A stretch of DNA of 64,000 nt from Strigamia acuminata (lineage: Eukaryota), in NCBI GenBank assembly GCA_949358305.1, contig OX442314.1, positions 24,118,001 through 24,182,000 of the forward strand. The letters are read 5' to 3'. Shown here piece by piece: positions 1 through 13,000 of this stretch. The translations under genes were made by a program, and so were the position numbers. Below the pieces are notes generated by a model. It saw only the letters and a list, made by a program, of their open reading frames with translations, was not told where the DNA came from and ran no database searches. Position 1 is the stretch's first letter, and the number at the start of each line of letters is the position of its first letter.

Positions 1-574
1 TCATTTAATGGCTCAATGTTTGCCAAACTCCAATTACCGGTATCGCTCATCTTTGTTTGTTTCGTCTCAAATTGCACGTATTGTTCAACTTTTTCTTCCG
101 TCTCGGTTCTGTGGCACAATCTCAATATTGTTTACTCGTAATTCACCTCGAATCGAATTGTTGCTCACAGTCTTTGTTAAAGTTGTTTCTCGTCGTCTCG
201 TATCGTGCTCTTCAAGATGGCGCGGCGTTGCTCTCGATTTTCGCCTCGTGGTTGCTCTCAACGTCGCCTCGAATCTGCTCAAAACTTCTTGTTTTTCGGT
301 CTCAATACCGTTTTTCATCAATTCAATGTGGCTGATGATTGTTCAACCTTGCTCTCTGCTACCATTTGTTATGAATCAAGTAAAAACGGTTGAAGTTTAA
401 TCAAGTATAAAGCAACCTCACTGTTCTACATCAAGTGAAAGAGTGGGGAAAAAACACAGGAAGGATGTTCACTCCATATATGGTAGGAGTGTCACCACAG
501 GATATAAAAAACTCAAACTACACTAATTGTACAACGACATCAAGTGGTGATTTTCCACATCAAATATCCCAACA
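1..574 (-). mobile_element. 5' end of an LTR retrotransposon (possibly Ty1/Copia), running off the window
   Basis: Minus strand: putative 208-bp LTR TGTTGGGATAT...TTCATAACA (574-367), then AA and TGGTAGCAGAG (364-354), complementary to the 3' end of animal initiator tRNA-Met. After a ~300-nt leader an ORF starts at 50 (MSDTGNWSLANIEPLN...). The outer LTR boundary and the superfamily are inferred. Confidence 0.55.
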
Positions 575-577
575 GTA

Positions 578-930
578 ATGAGGTCCAAAAATTCTGAAAC
601 TAAGTTCATTTTGAAGACCGGACAATTGCGCACAAGCCTGTATTTTTTTCTATTGCGATTCGGTCGTGAAAAAGTACCGATTCGGGCGATCTTAGCGGGC
701 GATCGAATAGGAAATTTATTCAAAATTTGGATTCGACCAAGAAAAAACCTAATATTTTGAAAAAAGGACCGATTAGAATGTTTAAACAAAGTTTCCTGTA
801 TAGATTTTGCCGCTGAAAACGATGGTGCTAATAACTTTTCGATCGGATTAACGGTTGACTTTTTAGTAACAAAAATCGATCTTATTTGTGTGATTATATT
901 TTGGTGTTTAATTTAGGGACAGACGGACAG
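578..930. repeat. Interspersed repeat fragment (DINE-1/Helentron-like), related to 27290-27952
   Basis: Shares GAGGTCCAAAAATTCTGAAAC and GCCGCTGAAAACGATGG with 27529-27760; GACAGACGGACAGA microsatellite near 918. Confidence 0.5.
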
Positions 931-946
931 ATATATTTTTATACAG

Positions 947-1232
947 AAACAAGCTGGGATTTGTAATGCAGGAAAGCATTACATATTAGACTTCTAAACC
1001 CTGTCCTTTTGAAAGAAAATAAAGTAATTTAAAAAAAAAAATTTTTTTGCCAATATAAAGCAACAACAAACAAAATCCCACCAAAATTTGATATGATATG
1101 CTGCGGACAGACAGACAGACATGACTGTTTCATGAGACTTTCTAAACATCAGGTTTAGAAGTCTAAAATGTAGAAGTGGTTTAGAAGTCTAATATGTAAT
1201 GCTTCCCTGCATTACAAATGTGTACTTGTTTT
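947..1232. mobile_element. Short non-autonomous element with ~39-bp subterminal inverted repeats (DINE/Helentron-like)
   Basis: TGTAATGCAGGAAAGCATTACATATTAGACTTCTAAACC (962-1000) is the inverse of 1178-1216. Ends are AACAAG...CTTGTT; internal (GACA)n. Confidence 0.55.
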
Positions 1233-1757
1233 TTCAATGAATTTCAGTGTAAAAAGTGATTAGAATGATGGATTTTATTTATATGGTAATAAAATATTTA
1301 TTTTATTTGCTAAAATAAGCTTTTTCCCTTTTAATCAATCAAACAGTTTGTTGGTTTCTTTTGGCAAGTAATCAAAGGTTTAGTTATTCATTGGTTGTTT
1401 TGCCTAGTTAGATTACAATTCTGGTGTTATGGGCTACTTATTTGTGCCATTACACCAGTGATATGGCTGGAATTAGGGCAACGTTATGTCGGTTCTGAGT
1501 TTAGAGTGCTCTAACGTAATCAGAGGCCTCTTTTCTTTTTCCTTTCCTCTCCCAATCTTTTTTTTATTTTATTTTATCGAATTGAACTTCTCAGGATCTT
1601 TATTGTAGGAATATGTCATTCAATAAAACCCACGTTGGACCTGTAAAAACTAAAAAGATGAAATTATTTAAAGACAAGAAAGATGATCAATTGCTATGCT
1701 TCTATAAACTATTTTATTTCAGTCTGAGGGATGTACAGATTCTTTAAAACATTGCAA

Positions 1758-4700
1758 TTAAAATTCTCTGAATCTTTGAGAAGTACTTCTATGAGCTTCG
1801 TTACATTTGCAAGTGTCGTAGGCACCTTCCTTCTTGAATTTGTAATACAGTTCATGTCCTTGGGGACGATGGTGTCTGCGGGTGTGATGTCGTGGCCGTT
1901 CAAAATGCCCAACTTCCAGTCTTCCAGGATGTTTGGCATAATTTCTTTTGGCATTATTATAATCTCTCGTAATGCTGTCAAATTGACGTCTGTAATCAGG
2001 TCTCCTTCGGTACTCTGGTCTCAAAACAATTTTTGGTTCAAAAACTAGCTCAGGTCTCAGTCGATACTCGGGTTCATCACTCGGTTCTTCAGTTGGTTCT
2101 TCAACATCCGTTTCTTTGTATTCTGGGAACGAATGGACTTTTGTAGCAGCACAAAGTTTAGCAAAATCTAGTACAGTAGAGCTGGCTTGAATGACAACAG
2201 GAATTTCCAGGGTTGTTCCATCTTTTTCCTTGTTTTCTTTGAAAGTCAAATCTCGATAAGTAGCAAAGAGAACGAGCAATTGAAGTTCTTCAGGTGTCAG
2301 TTGGAAAGTTCTTGGCTTGTCATTGTGAGTTGTTACTTCCACTTCGTAAGCACCTTCATCATGCTTTATCACAATGTTAAAAAGCTTGGAAATTCGCACT
2401 TTTTTGACGAAATCAAAAAATTCAGGCTTAATGTGAGAGAAAACTGGATGCAAGCTATCTTTCCTGATAACCATAGTCACAGAATTGTCCTCATCTATAT
2501 AAAAGTTATACGGGAATTCCGGTCTACTAAACATAGCCACAAACAGCTGAGTAATAATAGGTGAAAGATTTTCAATTATCAGCTTATTCGGTCCATTTGA
2601 AATTACAAGGTTGATTTCATTATCTGGGTTTCGGGTAATCGAAAGTTCCACATTAGGACTATGCCGTGCTATCTGTGAAGTCTTCAAGAAGGCTGGATGC
2701 ACATTTCTGAAAACCAGATTTGGTCTGTGTGCAGTAATTTCTACGATAGCTTTGCCATCCCTTTCATTCAAAATTCTTGTATGTAACTTAGGCTGAGAAA
2801 GCAGGATACTTGCTAATTGAACGGTGGTAGGCGACTGATGAGGAAACTTTTTGCCATTGAGATCAAAGGTATAAGAATCAGGCTCTGTCGAATGCGGCTT
2901 TTTCTTATCCAACACAATGGAAAATGTATCCTTGGGAGTTGGTTTGTGCTTGGTCAGAAAGTTTAATACTTCTGGGCTTACATCGTGTAAAATGTTGTGA
3001 GAAACTCTTTTTGGTGCGGTTACAATTAAATGTCCATCTTCGTCAACAGCCGACTTTAGTGGAAGACTTGGTTCAGTGTACAAGCGGACAAGAAAGTTAA
3101 GGAATAAGGGTTTGACATTGTCCTCAGAGAGTGGATTTGAGCGGTCATAAAGGTCATCAAACACAACCTTGTAGGTGTTTGGTTTGCTACCTGGTGAAAC
3201 AATGACAGAGTTGAGTTTTGGGTTTCTGAAGTCCCGAATCAACAATAGATCTTTCGGAGTAATTGGCACATCAAATGTTGGTACGTCATCCCTGGATGGT
3301 CTGACTGTTAACTTTCCATTAGGTTGTGGTTGGACGCGGTACTCTGTGGTTGGTGAATTAAACAATTCCACGATTAATTGAACAATCTTGGGTTCTAGAT
3401 GTTTAAAATGTTTAATTGGTTTGTTTTGCTCTTGGAATATTACGTCATAGTGGTCTGGAATCTCAGAACTGGTCACGACCACTTCAAGATTTGGATGAAA
3501 GCGATGTTTGTCAACGAATTTAAGCAAATCTTTGGCTACATTTGGAACTATTAACTCTTTTGGTCGAACTGGAATACTCAGGACATGTCTTCCATCTCTA
3601 CCAGTATAAATATGGAATGGAAGTTTTGGTTCAGTAAGTAACTTAGTGGCAAGGTTAACGATATTAGGAGCGACACGAGGATATGACTCTCTGTCTGGAC
3701 CATGACCGACAACAACCGTGGGTCGATTTTTTCTGTCACGCTTAATAGTGACATCTGTGTGCGGATGTCGTTTAATGTGATGGATCAAATCCACATCATC
3801 TTTGTTAACCACAGCTGTCGTAGTTTTAGGCAGGTCTTCGGGCACATTACCATAGATTTGATTGTCACTTGTTGGCTTCAATTGTATGTTTCTGTGAGGA
3901 TTTTTATACAATTTTATAACAACCGGCAATACCCTTTTTGGAATATTTGGATAGACATGCTCTTTTTTACCATCTTTGACAACGACAGTGAATGCTCCAT
4001 CTTTTTGTGGTTTAATATTAAGCTTAACATCCTTTGGAGAATGGAGAAGTTTTATCAATTCCAGAACATCCGGAGTTATCTGCACATTATCTTCTTTGAC
4101 ATTTGATTTTGGTACCGTGATGTAAAAGTTTCCTTTCGGTGTTGGTTTAACAGTGAAAGAAACATCTGGATGACTCTTCAAATCTATGATCAAGTCTAAT
4201 GTCTCTTGGTTGACATGAGGATAAGTCTTTGGCTTCTTATGTGGTTCTTTGGTTTCAATATCGAAGGTGTGGTCTGGTCCTGGCTTGACGTTGATTTCTG
4301 TATCTGGATTTTGTTTAATATCTCTAATGATATCTAGAACATTAGGCTTCACTTCATAGCGATGGCTGTTGCTACTTGGTTCAGTTGGAACAAATTCGAT
4401 TGTGTCATCTTTGCCTGGTTTGATTTCATATTCTACAGTAGGTTCACTGTATAATTTGGTGATAACTGGAATCAATTCGGGACTAATATGCTTGTACTCT
4501 TTTTCTGGTTTTTTACCATTTTGTACAACAACGGTAAAAGTTCCTGGTTTTTCTGGTTTGAATGAAACTTTTGGTTGTGGTTTTTGTTTGATGTTCTTTA
4601 TTAAATCGATGATCTCTGGAGTTAGTTTTGTATGAACAGGTTGCGATTGGTGTTTTGGTACGACCAATTTAATCTTTCCACGCTTGTCTGACTTTACTCT

Positions 4701-7700
4701 GAATTGTACGTGTGGAGTTGTTTTCAGCTTGCTGATCAAATTCAAAACATTTGGATGCACATGCTTCAAGGTGTGAGGTTTGCTTCCATCTTTTGGTTTG
4801 ATTGTTACTGTAAAAGTACCTTCATTGTCTGGTTTAATTTCAATCTCAGTATCTGGTTGATGTCTTACAATTTCCAAAGGTTTCAGATAATCGATATTTA
4901 TATCAATATTTTCAACATCTGGTTTTTTCTTATTTGGAACATTAATGTTTACCTTCTTCGGATCATCTGAAGGGGTAATTTCAAAAGGCAAATCCTTTTG
5001 ATTCCTAATAGTAATTAACTTATTCAGTAATTCAGGAGTAATATCTGGATAGGTTTTGGTATCTTGACCATCACTGACAGTAATTTTGAAATTTGGACCG
5101 TCTGGAGCAATGGAAATGGATAATTGAGGAGCTGATTTGATTGTCTGGATAAGTGCCAATTGATTCTTTGGTATTGAAATAATGGGATCGGTTGAAGTCT
5201 TTCCAGGTGAAATAACATGAATAACATCCTTGGGCTTATGTTCTTTTCTGTGGGGTTCTTTATGTCCAGGTTTTTCAGGTTCTTTATGTCCAGGTTTTTC
5301 AGGTTCTTTATGTCCAGGTTTTTCAGGTTCTTTATGTCCAGGTTTTTCAGGTTCTTTATGTCCATGTTTTTCAGGTTCTTTATGTCCAGGTTTTTCAGGT
5401 TCTTTATGTCCAGGTTTTTCAGGTTCTTTATGTCCATGTTTTTCAGGTTCTTTATGTCCAGGTTTTTCAGGTTCTTTATGTCCAGGTTTTTCAGGTTCTT
5501 TATGTCCAGGTTTTTCAGGTTCTTTATGTCCAGGTTTTTCATGGTGTGGTTCTTTATGTCCAGGTTGTTCTTTAACAATGTGAATTGGCAATTTTGGATT
5601 TTTGGTTACTTTTATCAGAAACTTGATAGCTTCAGGGGATTGGTCTTTCAACTTCTTTGGTTTTCCATTAATGAAGACAATAATGTTAGATTTTCCATTT
5701 TTAGAAGGTTCCACCTTGTACTTGATGTTTGACTTTGGATTCTTTTTTATCTCTTCGATCAAATCAGTGAACTCAAGGTCTACTGTTATCGGTGTGTTTG
5801 TTTCATCGTCCGTCACAACAAAAGTTGGTTCATCATGTTTAGGTTCTTCTTTGACAATGTGAATCGGCAACTTTGGATTTTTGGTTACTTTTATCAGAAA
5901 CTTGACAGCTTCAGGGGTTTGGTCTTTCAAAATCTTCGGTTTTCCATTAATGTAGACAACAATATTAGATTTTCCGTTTTTGGATGGTTCCACCTTGTAT
6001 TTGATGTTTGATGTTGGATTCTTTTTAATCTGTTTAATCAAATCAGTGAACTCAAGGTCTACTGTTATCGGTGTGTTTGTTTCATCGTCCGTCACAATAA
6101 AAGTTGGTTCCTCATGTTTAGGTTCTTCTTTGACAATGTGAATCGGCAAATTTGGATTTTTTGTTACTTTGATCAGAAACTTGATAGCTTCAGGAGATTG
6201 GTCTTTCAACTTATTTGGTTTTCCATTAATGTAGACAATAATGTTGGATTTTCCGTTTTTAGAAGGTTCCACCTTGTACTTGATGTTTGACTTTGGATTC
6301 TTCTTTATCTCTTCGATCAAATCAGTGAACTCAACGTCGACTTCAATCAATGAGTTTGTTTCTTCGTCCGCCACAATAAAAGTAGTTTGATCTTGTTGTG
6401 GTTTAGGTTTTTCTTTGGTGACATGAATTGGTAGTTTTGGATTTTTTGTTACTTTCATCAGAAACTTTACAGCTTCAGGAGATTGGTCTTTCAACTCTTT
6501 TGGTTTTCCATCGATGAAGACAATAACATTGAATTTTCCATTTTTGGAAGGTTCAACCTTGAACTTGAAGTTTGATGTCGGATTCTTCTTGATTTCTTCA
6601 ATCAAATCAGTGAACTCTACGTCTACTTGGATTGGTGTTTGTGTTTCTTCGTCCGACAGAATAAAAGTTGTTTGGCCATTATGCTTGACTGTTTTTGGAG
6701 CCCTAAGCGATTGAAGCAATTGAACAATAATGTTTAAGAATTTAGCCGGTAATGGATATTTTTTTGTTTTGCCATTGTGAGTGATGACAAGCTCCAAACC
6801 ATTTTTCCCAGTGCCAATTCTCAAGTTGTATGATGGATCACTCTTAGCCTTGGTTATTAATTCTAAAAATTTATCAGAATCAAGGGTCCCAATGTTGAGG
6901 TCCTCAGGTTGCTCTTCAAGTGTAATCGTAAATTGTCCAGTAGCTGCTGGTGAAAGCTTAAATTGCAAATCAGGATTCTTAATAAGTTTAATAAAAACAA
7001 AAAGCAAATTTGGATCAATGTGCTTGTATGTTTTAGATCCTTTCGTCCCTTCATGGATGGTTAACTCATATTTGCCATCGGTTCCCGGTTGAATTTGAAT
7101 TCTATTTTCTGGATGTTCTTGTACTTGTTTCAGCAATGTCAAAAACAGTGGTTTTACTGTAAATGTTGTTTGTGCTGCACTATTGTCAGGAATAAACAAA
7201 TAAGATTTATCTCCTGATTTGCCTAAAATTTCATACGGCAATGAGGGATTCTTAACCAATCGGATAAAGGCATCACCAATTTTAGCTGGCACATCAGAAT
7301 AGATTTTCTTTTTCCCATTTGAGTCGTCAGTCACAGTTATTGTGTACGTATCACCTGATGTTGCGATTTGAATTGAATAGCCTCCTTTCCTTATTTTTTT
7401 TACGACCTCTAAGAATTCGGGTTTCACTGTAATAATATTTGATGGTTTTGGCGGTTCAGGAGATACAGCAATTTTTACGTTGAAACCCTCTTTTCCTACT
7501 TCCGTGATTTGCAAAGTTGGATTCTTGAGTAATTTTACAAACAAGGATAAAATGTCTCTAGATATTTTGTTGTAGGTTTTTGTTCCTTTGTCAGTCGTTA
7601 AGGTTACCGTCAACAAGCCATCGTCTTCTGGCTGATATTTGATTTTAACCGCATTAGTTGATTTCCGGACTTGCCTGATCAGTTGAACGAATTGTGGTTT

Positions 7701-8990
7701 AACGATGTAGTACTCAATTCCTTTTCCAATTGTCCCCGTATTGAGGTCGTCAGGTTGATCCACAACAGTCACAGTAAATTCTCCATTAGCAGCTGGCGAG
7801 ACTTTATATTGCAAATTAGGATTCTTAATGAGTTCGACAAAAGAGAAAAGTAGGTTTGGGTCTATGTGCTTATAGGTTTTGGACTGTTTTTTTCCATCTT
7901 CAACGGTCAACTCATATTTACCATCGGTTCCGGGTTGAATTCTTATATGATTGCTCGGATGATTTCGCACCTGTTTTAGCAATGTCAAAAACAGCGATTT
8001 AACTGTTATTTTTGTTTGCTTTCCACTGTAGTTGGGAATAAACAATACATCTTCGTCTCCTGATTTGCCTATAACTTGGTACTGTAATGAAGGATCTTTG
8101 AGCAATCGAATAAAAGCTTCGCCAGTGTTTGCCGGTAAATCAGCATAGGTTTCCTTTTTTCCGCTTGACTTATTAGTCACAGTTATTGTGTACTTATTGC
8201 CTTTTGTTGATATTTGAATTGAATAACCTCCTTTTCTTATTCTATTGACTGCATCTAAAAGTTGGGGTTTTATTTTAAAAATATTTGTTGGTTTTGGTGG
8301 TTCAGGAGAAACAGCAATTTTTACTTTTGACCCAACTTTTCCTACTTCTTTGATTTGCAATCTTGAATTTTTAAGTAATTTGGCAAACAAGTCAAACGTG
8401 GCTTTTGATATTTTGTCATATGTTTTTGTTCCTTTGTCAGTGGTTACTGTCAGTTTGTAGAGGCCATCTTGATGTCTTTGAGCATGGACCTTAACGGCTT
8501 TAGTTGAGGCTCTAACTTCTTGAATCAGTTGAACAAATTGTAGATCAACAGTGAAATATTCAACACTTTGACTGGAAGATGATCCACCAGAAGATGATCC
8601 ACCAGAAGATGATCCACTCGAAGATGATCCACTGGAAGAAGATCCACTCCAAGACGTTCCACCAGAAGACGTTCCACCAGAAGACGATGAAGTGGAATAT
8701 GTTCGACTATGAGTTGTGGTTTCTGAAGGAATTCGATGTTGTACATGGCCTACTACATGGTGCAAAGCCTTATTTACATCATTGAAGTGTTTTGGAATCA
8801 AGTTGTACGATGATATCAATCCAATAACTGAAATAAATGTATGAATCATGATTAATTATTATTTCAAAGTATTTTTCTACTACAATGTCAAACAAGAAGT
8901 TTTCTCTGTTCCAAACTGAAAAAATTTACCTGAAAGCTGCAAAACCACAAACAGCCAAGTATGTCTCTCTCTTTGGAGAAACATCTTCAT
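1758..8990 (-). CDS. Large predicted secreted repeat protein, ~2376 aa; join(8930..8990,1758..8827)
   Basis: 7-kb open exon. An upstream 61-nt exon (ATG 8990) ends G|GTAAAT and splices in phase 1 to TTTCAG|TT at 8827, giving the signal-peptide-like MKMFLQRERHTWLFVVLQLSVIGLISS-YN. Then a Ser/Gly tract, ~22 modules of ~90 aa and a KPGHKEPE array. No family recognised. Confidence 0.85.
5254..5541 (-). repeat. Coding 24-bp tandem repeat, 12 copies (K[P/H]GHKEPE)
   Basis: Unit GGTTCTTTATGTCCAGGTTTTTCA repeated on the + strand; in frame within the large ORF. Confidence 0.95.
5568..6670 (-). repeat. Four highly similar coding modules of ~279 bp (~93 aa)
   Basis: EFTDLIEEIKKNP...KVEPSKNGK...DQSPEA[VI]KFL.KVTKNP occurs four times; matching nucleotides at 5842 and 6121 give a 279-bp spacing. 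Confidence 0.9.
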
Positions 8991-9011
8991 TCGTCTAATG
9001 GATTGAAGAGT

Positions 9012-10010
9012 TGTGGTGACCCGACTGGGGTGGGGCACGAAGAGTTTCTCTCGTGGCCTACATACGGGTAAAGAAGGGGAGTCGCACGCGCGCCTCCCTT
9101 CCCTCAGAGCATTGACATCCAGTCAATGGACGGGCGTCTGCCCTGGGGGAGTGGGGGAGATTCGTCTTCTCCACTATTGGGTGGCTTTAGTCACCTGTCA
9201 CCCCCCGCTTTGTGCAAAGGAATTCGCCTTGCACTGAGCGGGCAGAACCAACACAAAAATCAACCAAGATACACGTAAAAGCCAAACGTCCTAAAACGAT
9301 CAAGCCTAAGTACAAAGACTTCAGGAGTGACCTAGGACAAGGGACTTTCAACGTGAGTACGATTGATTTGTGTTAACCTCCGCAGAGTAACCTGCGAAAC
9401 AAGATTACCACACTATTTTAGCAAGCCAGCTAGAAATAGTAAACCTACTCCAATTTAGCGAGTTGTGCAGACAAACGGTCGCACAAGCCTAAATTGCAGT
9501 AACCACGACGAGCGTTCCCGCCGCTGTGTGTATCGCCGGGAACCACCAAGCGTCCGCCGCTGTGTGATCGCCGGACACCTACACAAAACCCTAAACCTAG
9601 ACAACAGACCAGAAGTAAGACCTTTTAGGCATTCACTCGCGCCCGACCAGCGTGAGCCCGAAGGACCGAACGAGAAACGTGAGACGAGGACGCCATTCAT
9701 TGCCACGCCGGCCCAAGACGACACCACGTTGCCACGCGGACGCCATCTTGGATCCCGAGCGCCTACAAAGGACGACCTCGACCAGTTTCCCGCCAACTTC
9801 ACACACCCCAACCTTTTACCTTTTTATTCCCTTACATATTTTATTCCTTTTACCTGTACATTCCCGTATAATAAATACATTTATTATATTTACCATTTTA
9901 CATTGTTTGCCGTTTCGCATTATTTGGGTAACCGCTTGAGTAAAGCGGTATTGCGAGATTAGAGAGTGACTCATACCACGTATCAGCGACAGATCGAGTT
10001 GAGCGCGACA
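9012..10010 (+). repeat. 5' LTR of element A
   Basis: Direct repeat of 21484-22482; I noticed only one difference (G9341 vs A21813). Confidence 0.97.
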
Positions 10011-10012
10011 CG

Positions 10013-10030
10013 TGGGGGCCTGTCCGGGAT
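10013..10030 (+). promoter_or_regulatory. Primer-binding site, tRNA-Pro-like
   Basis: TGGGGGCCTGTCCGGGAT, 2 nt after the LTR; 16/18 match to the tRNA-Pro PBS TGGGGGCTCGTCCGGGAT. Confidence 0.85.
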
Positions 10031-10078
10031 CGATTTAAACGACTCGAATAGAACTTGAGATCATTTTCATACCCAAAA

Positions 10079-13000
10079 ATGGCAGACAATATCCGAGTAA
10101 CGGATTCCGACTCCGACGCAAACAAGAGAGCCGGCAGTCGTAAAGGCGCCGATTATCATTTGCGATCTGGAGGTCCCTTACCCAAAGCCTCAGCGCACGA
10201 AGCGAGGCAAAAACGGCGCAAGCCTAAACCCGATCGTAGAAGCGCATCAGAGGCATCGCACCCGTCCCGTTCCGAGACGAGGCAGCGATTGGACGAGACA
10301 GAGCGGGGTGAAGAGCAATCTCACTCCAAACTGCCGCGTTCTAACCGTGACGGCGAGACGAGCGGAAACGAGGTTTTATCCCGTAACCAATCGCCTCGTC
10401 TAACGCACGACACCGAGGTGGGCAGTCCGAAAGCGGCGTCTCCGATACAAAAGACGGCCTCAAATACGACAGCTAATTCGGCACTAAACACGCCAATTAC
10501 GCAAAGCCGCCCAGCTTCGGTCAGGTCGGAAGGACACAAGTCCAATGCGTCAAATACTGAGCGTGTCTCGAGCCAGCCTTACAGCGTCTCGGCCACATTG
10601 GTTGACACGATGCAGTTGGCACAGGCAGAAGGTGTACGATACACTCTGCCAACGGGAAAAATAACTGTGTACGAAACATTACAAATCGTACGTGCAGCTT
10701 TAAGAGCGCACAGGTTATCCCCAGAAATCACCGTTGTTGAAGGCGCATACGCTCAACAAATGGTAGATTCCGCTCAATTCGAAGCGGATGTCGAGAATGA
10801 GGCCCGACAAGCCATCCGCGAGAGAAAGCGGAAGCTGGCGGAAAGAGAAGCGCGAGCTCTCGAGTACGGCAAATCCCAGCGCGTTCCAACCACTCCAGAA
10901 GAGGTGGAAATAGTTGATCGAGCCTTACGTGCACATCGTTATGCATTCCATTCTCAGCAAGAAGCTGAACAAGCTTTCATGGCTAGGCTGCAACGAGACA
11001 AACCAAAATCCGTTCGCAAGCCCGAAGTTAGCTTGTCCGAATTGTCCGACGAGAGCGTCGAAGGCGACCCGAAGCGCACGCCGAAGGTCAGCCCCAAACC
11101 CGAGCGAAAAAAGGAAGTGCCAGTCACTCCACGCAAACGGGAAGTTTCAACCGGACAACGCGTTCGACCTCGCATGATGGCGTTAGACGATAATACTAAC
11201 AACGCTATCGACCGATTAATAAATGCGAACAACGCGCGTCGTAACGAAGAACAGACTCACACGAGCCGACAACGCGACGACCCGCGGGGTAGCGACTGGC
11301 CACAGTCAGTGCCCATCCTCAAAGACGACGGACCTTCGAGAAAACATTCCGAAGACCGCACCTCGTCACGAGAGGAACGTCAACGCGAGAGAGGACAGCA
11401 ACAGTATCACTACGGAAACAGTGATTCGTCGTCGGATGGACTGGAGTCGAATGCACCCAGTCATCACGATTCGGAGAGAGGTTCCGGAGAGAGACGAAGG
11501 GAAAGAGAACGCGATGAACGCAGGGAAAGGGAACGTGACGACCGTCGTAGGGGCCGGAAAGAGTCAAACTCTTCACGGCGCAACCCGCCACGCCGCTCAC
11601 CGTCTCCCGACCCCAGCTCCGACCCCTCATCCAACGACGACAGACGAAATGATAAATCAAGTAATCGCCGGAAGAGATCCAACTCTCCGCGCGATAGAGA
11701 GAAACGACGTCGATCGGAAAATAGCGACCACCGACGGGAGGAGTTTCAGGACCTTCCCCGACAAAGCGCGTTTACCGATTCGACGGGTCGACAGTATACG
11801 ATGGGAGAGCTTGGAAGAGCCCTGCTTGGCTCGTTAAAAGCCGAAGGAATCGATCTGAGCAAACGAAATGATCGTAATCGTAACACTGGTGACCGCGTAA
11901 AGAAAAAATACGCTGTCTCCCGGCGTGATACAATGAGTGTCACCGGGAATATTAGGTGGCAATTTTATATTCAGAACCGTTTCGACGGGTCATGGAAAGC
12001 GGGAGATCGCTTCCTTGACGAAGTAATTCGAATTAAGACTGCCACTAAAGCCACCGTAGGAGACATGCTCACCCACGGTATTGTCGAGCTAATGACAGGC
12101 TCGGCACGTGAGTGGTACCAAGGATTGAAAGGCGTCAATTGGGACGACTTTTTAATGAGATTCGACCTGCGCTACGGCGAGACACCCGAAGAGGTGAGCC
12201 GAAAGATGCGAGGTCTTCGCCAGATGCCTGGTGAAACCATAATGGATTACGACATTCGCGCCAGATTGTTGTTCGAAAAGGCCCCGATGGAATTTCATGC
12301 CACGGGATTCAACCTTTTCTTTCTCGGCGGTTTGTCGGAGTACTCGCAACGGGTGTTACTTGAAGAAAGGGCACCGACAGGAGGCAGCTACGAGGAGATG
12401 AGCGCCTTCCTGTTCGAGAACACGATAGATATCGAGAAGAGATATTATTCCGCTTTACCAGAAGCGGAGAAAGCAGCAACCGCTAAACGTCTCAAGTTGA
12501 GTGCGGAAAGATATGGGGCGACAGACAAAATCATGCGCCCTACTGAATATCTTAGCGGTATAATGGAGCTGGCAGAAGCTAGCGTTGGTTTACAAATAAA
12601 AAATAAACTGACATCCACGCTGCCTTCCAACCCTTTGGCCGCCCCTAAAAAGGCACCGACAGCGTCAGCCATGCAAGCGACACTGGAGGAGGTCAAGGAG
12701 GGGGAGGAAGCCGAACAAAATGTCGGAAAATCAGACGAAAAAGAAGAAAAAGACGATTATTCGACGGACGAAGAAATACGAAGTTATCGCGACACCTTAT
12801 CAACGGGTTGCGATGAAGAAGGACCGCTAGTACATCTCATCCATCGAGATAGAGCGGTAGAAGAATTTCGCGCCAGGTTAAAACCAAATGCCGGCCGAAT
12901 TCCGAAGTATTTTCGAAAAAATTACACGCCACCATCGAAAGTAGACCCTGAAAAGAAAAAATCGATTGAAGCCCCAAGAGACAAATCAAATATTCGCTGT

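Noticed and set aside
1620..1760. Acceptor-like TTTTTACAG at ~1641 (minus), hinting at a further exon of the repeat gene
   Set aside because: No convincing donor before the stop at 1758; at most a 3' UTR intron.
2832..2850. CTGATGAG-GAAAC hammerhead-like core
   Set aside because: No stem II between the two motifs and no flanking helices seen; it lies antisense within coding sequence.
5254..5541. CRISPR-like periodicity, also at 55139-55292
   Set aside because: No unique spacers, no cas genes, and a eukaryotic context.
5024..5732. Periodic ORFs (KNLDIKNL, FFMSRFFR, GSLCPGFS)
   Set aside because: These are alternative frames of the 24-bp coding array.
9013..9962. Short ORFs duplicated in the LTRs (also 32348-33234)
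   Set aside because: They are duplicated only because the LTRs are duplicated; no recognisable protein features.
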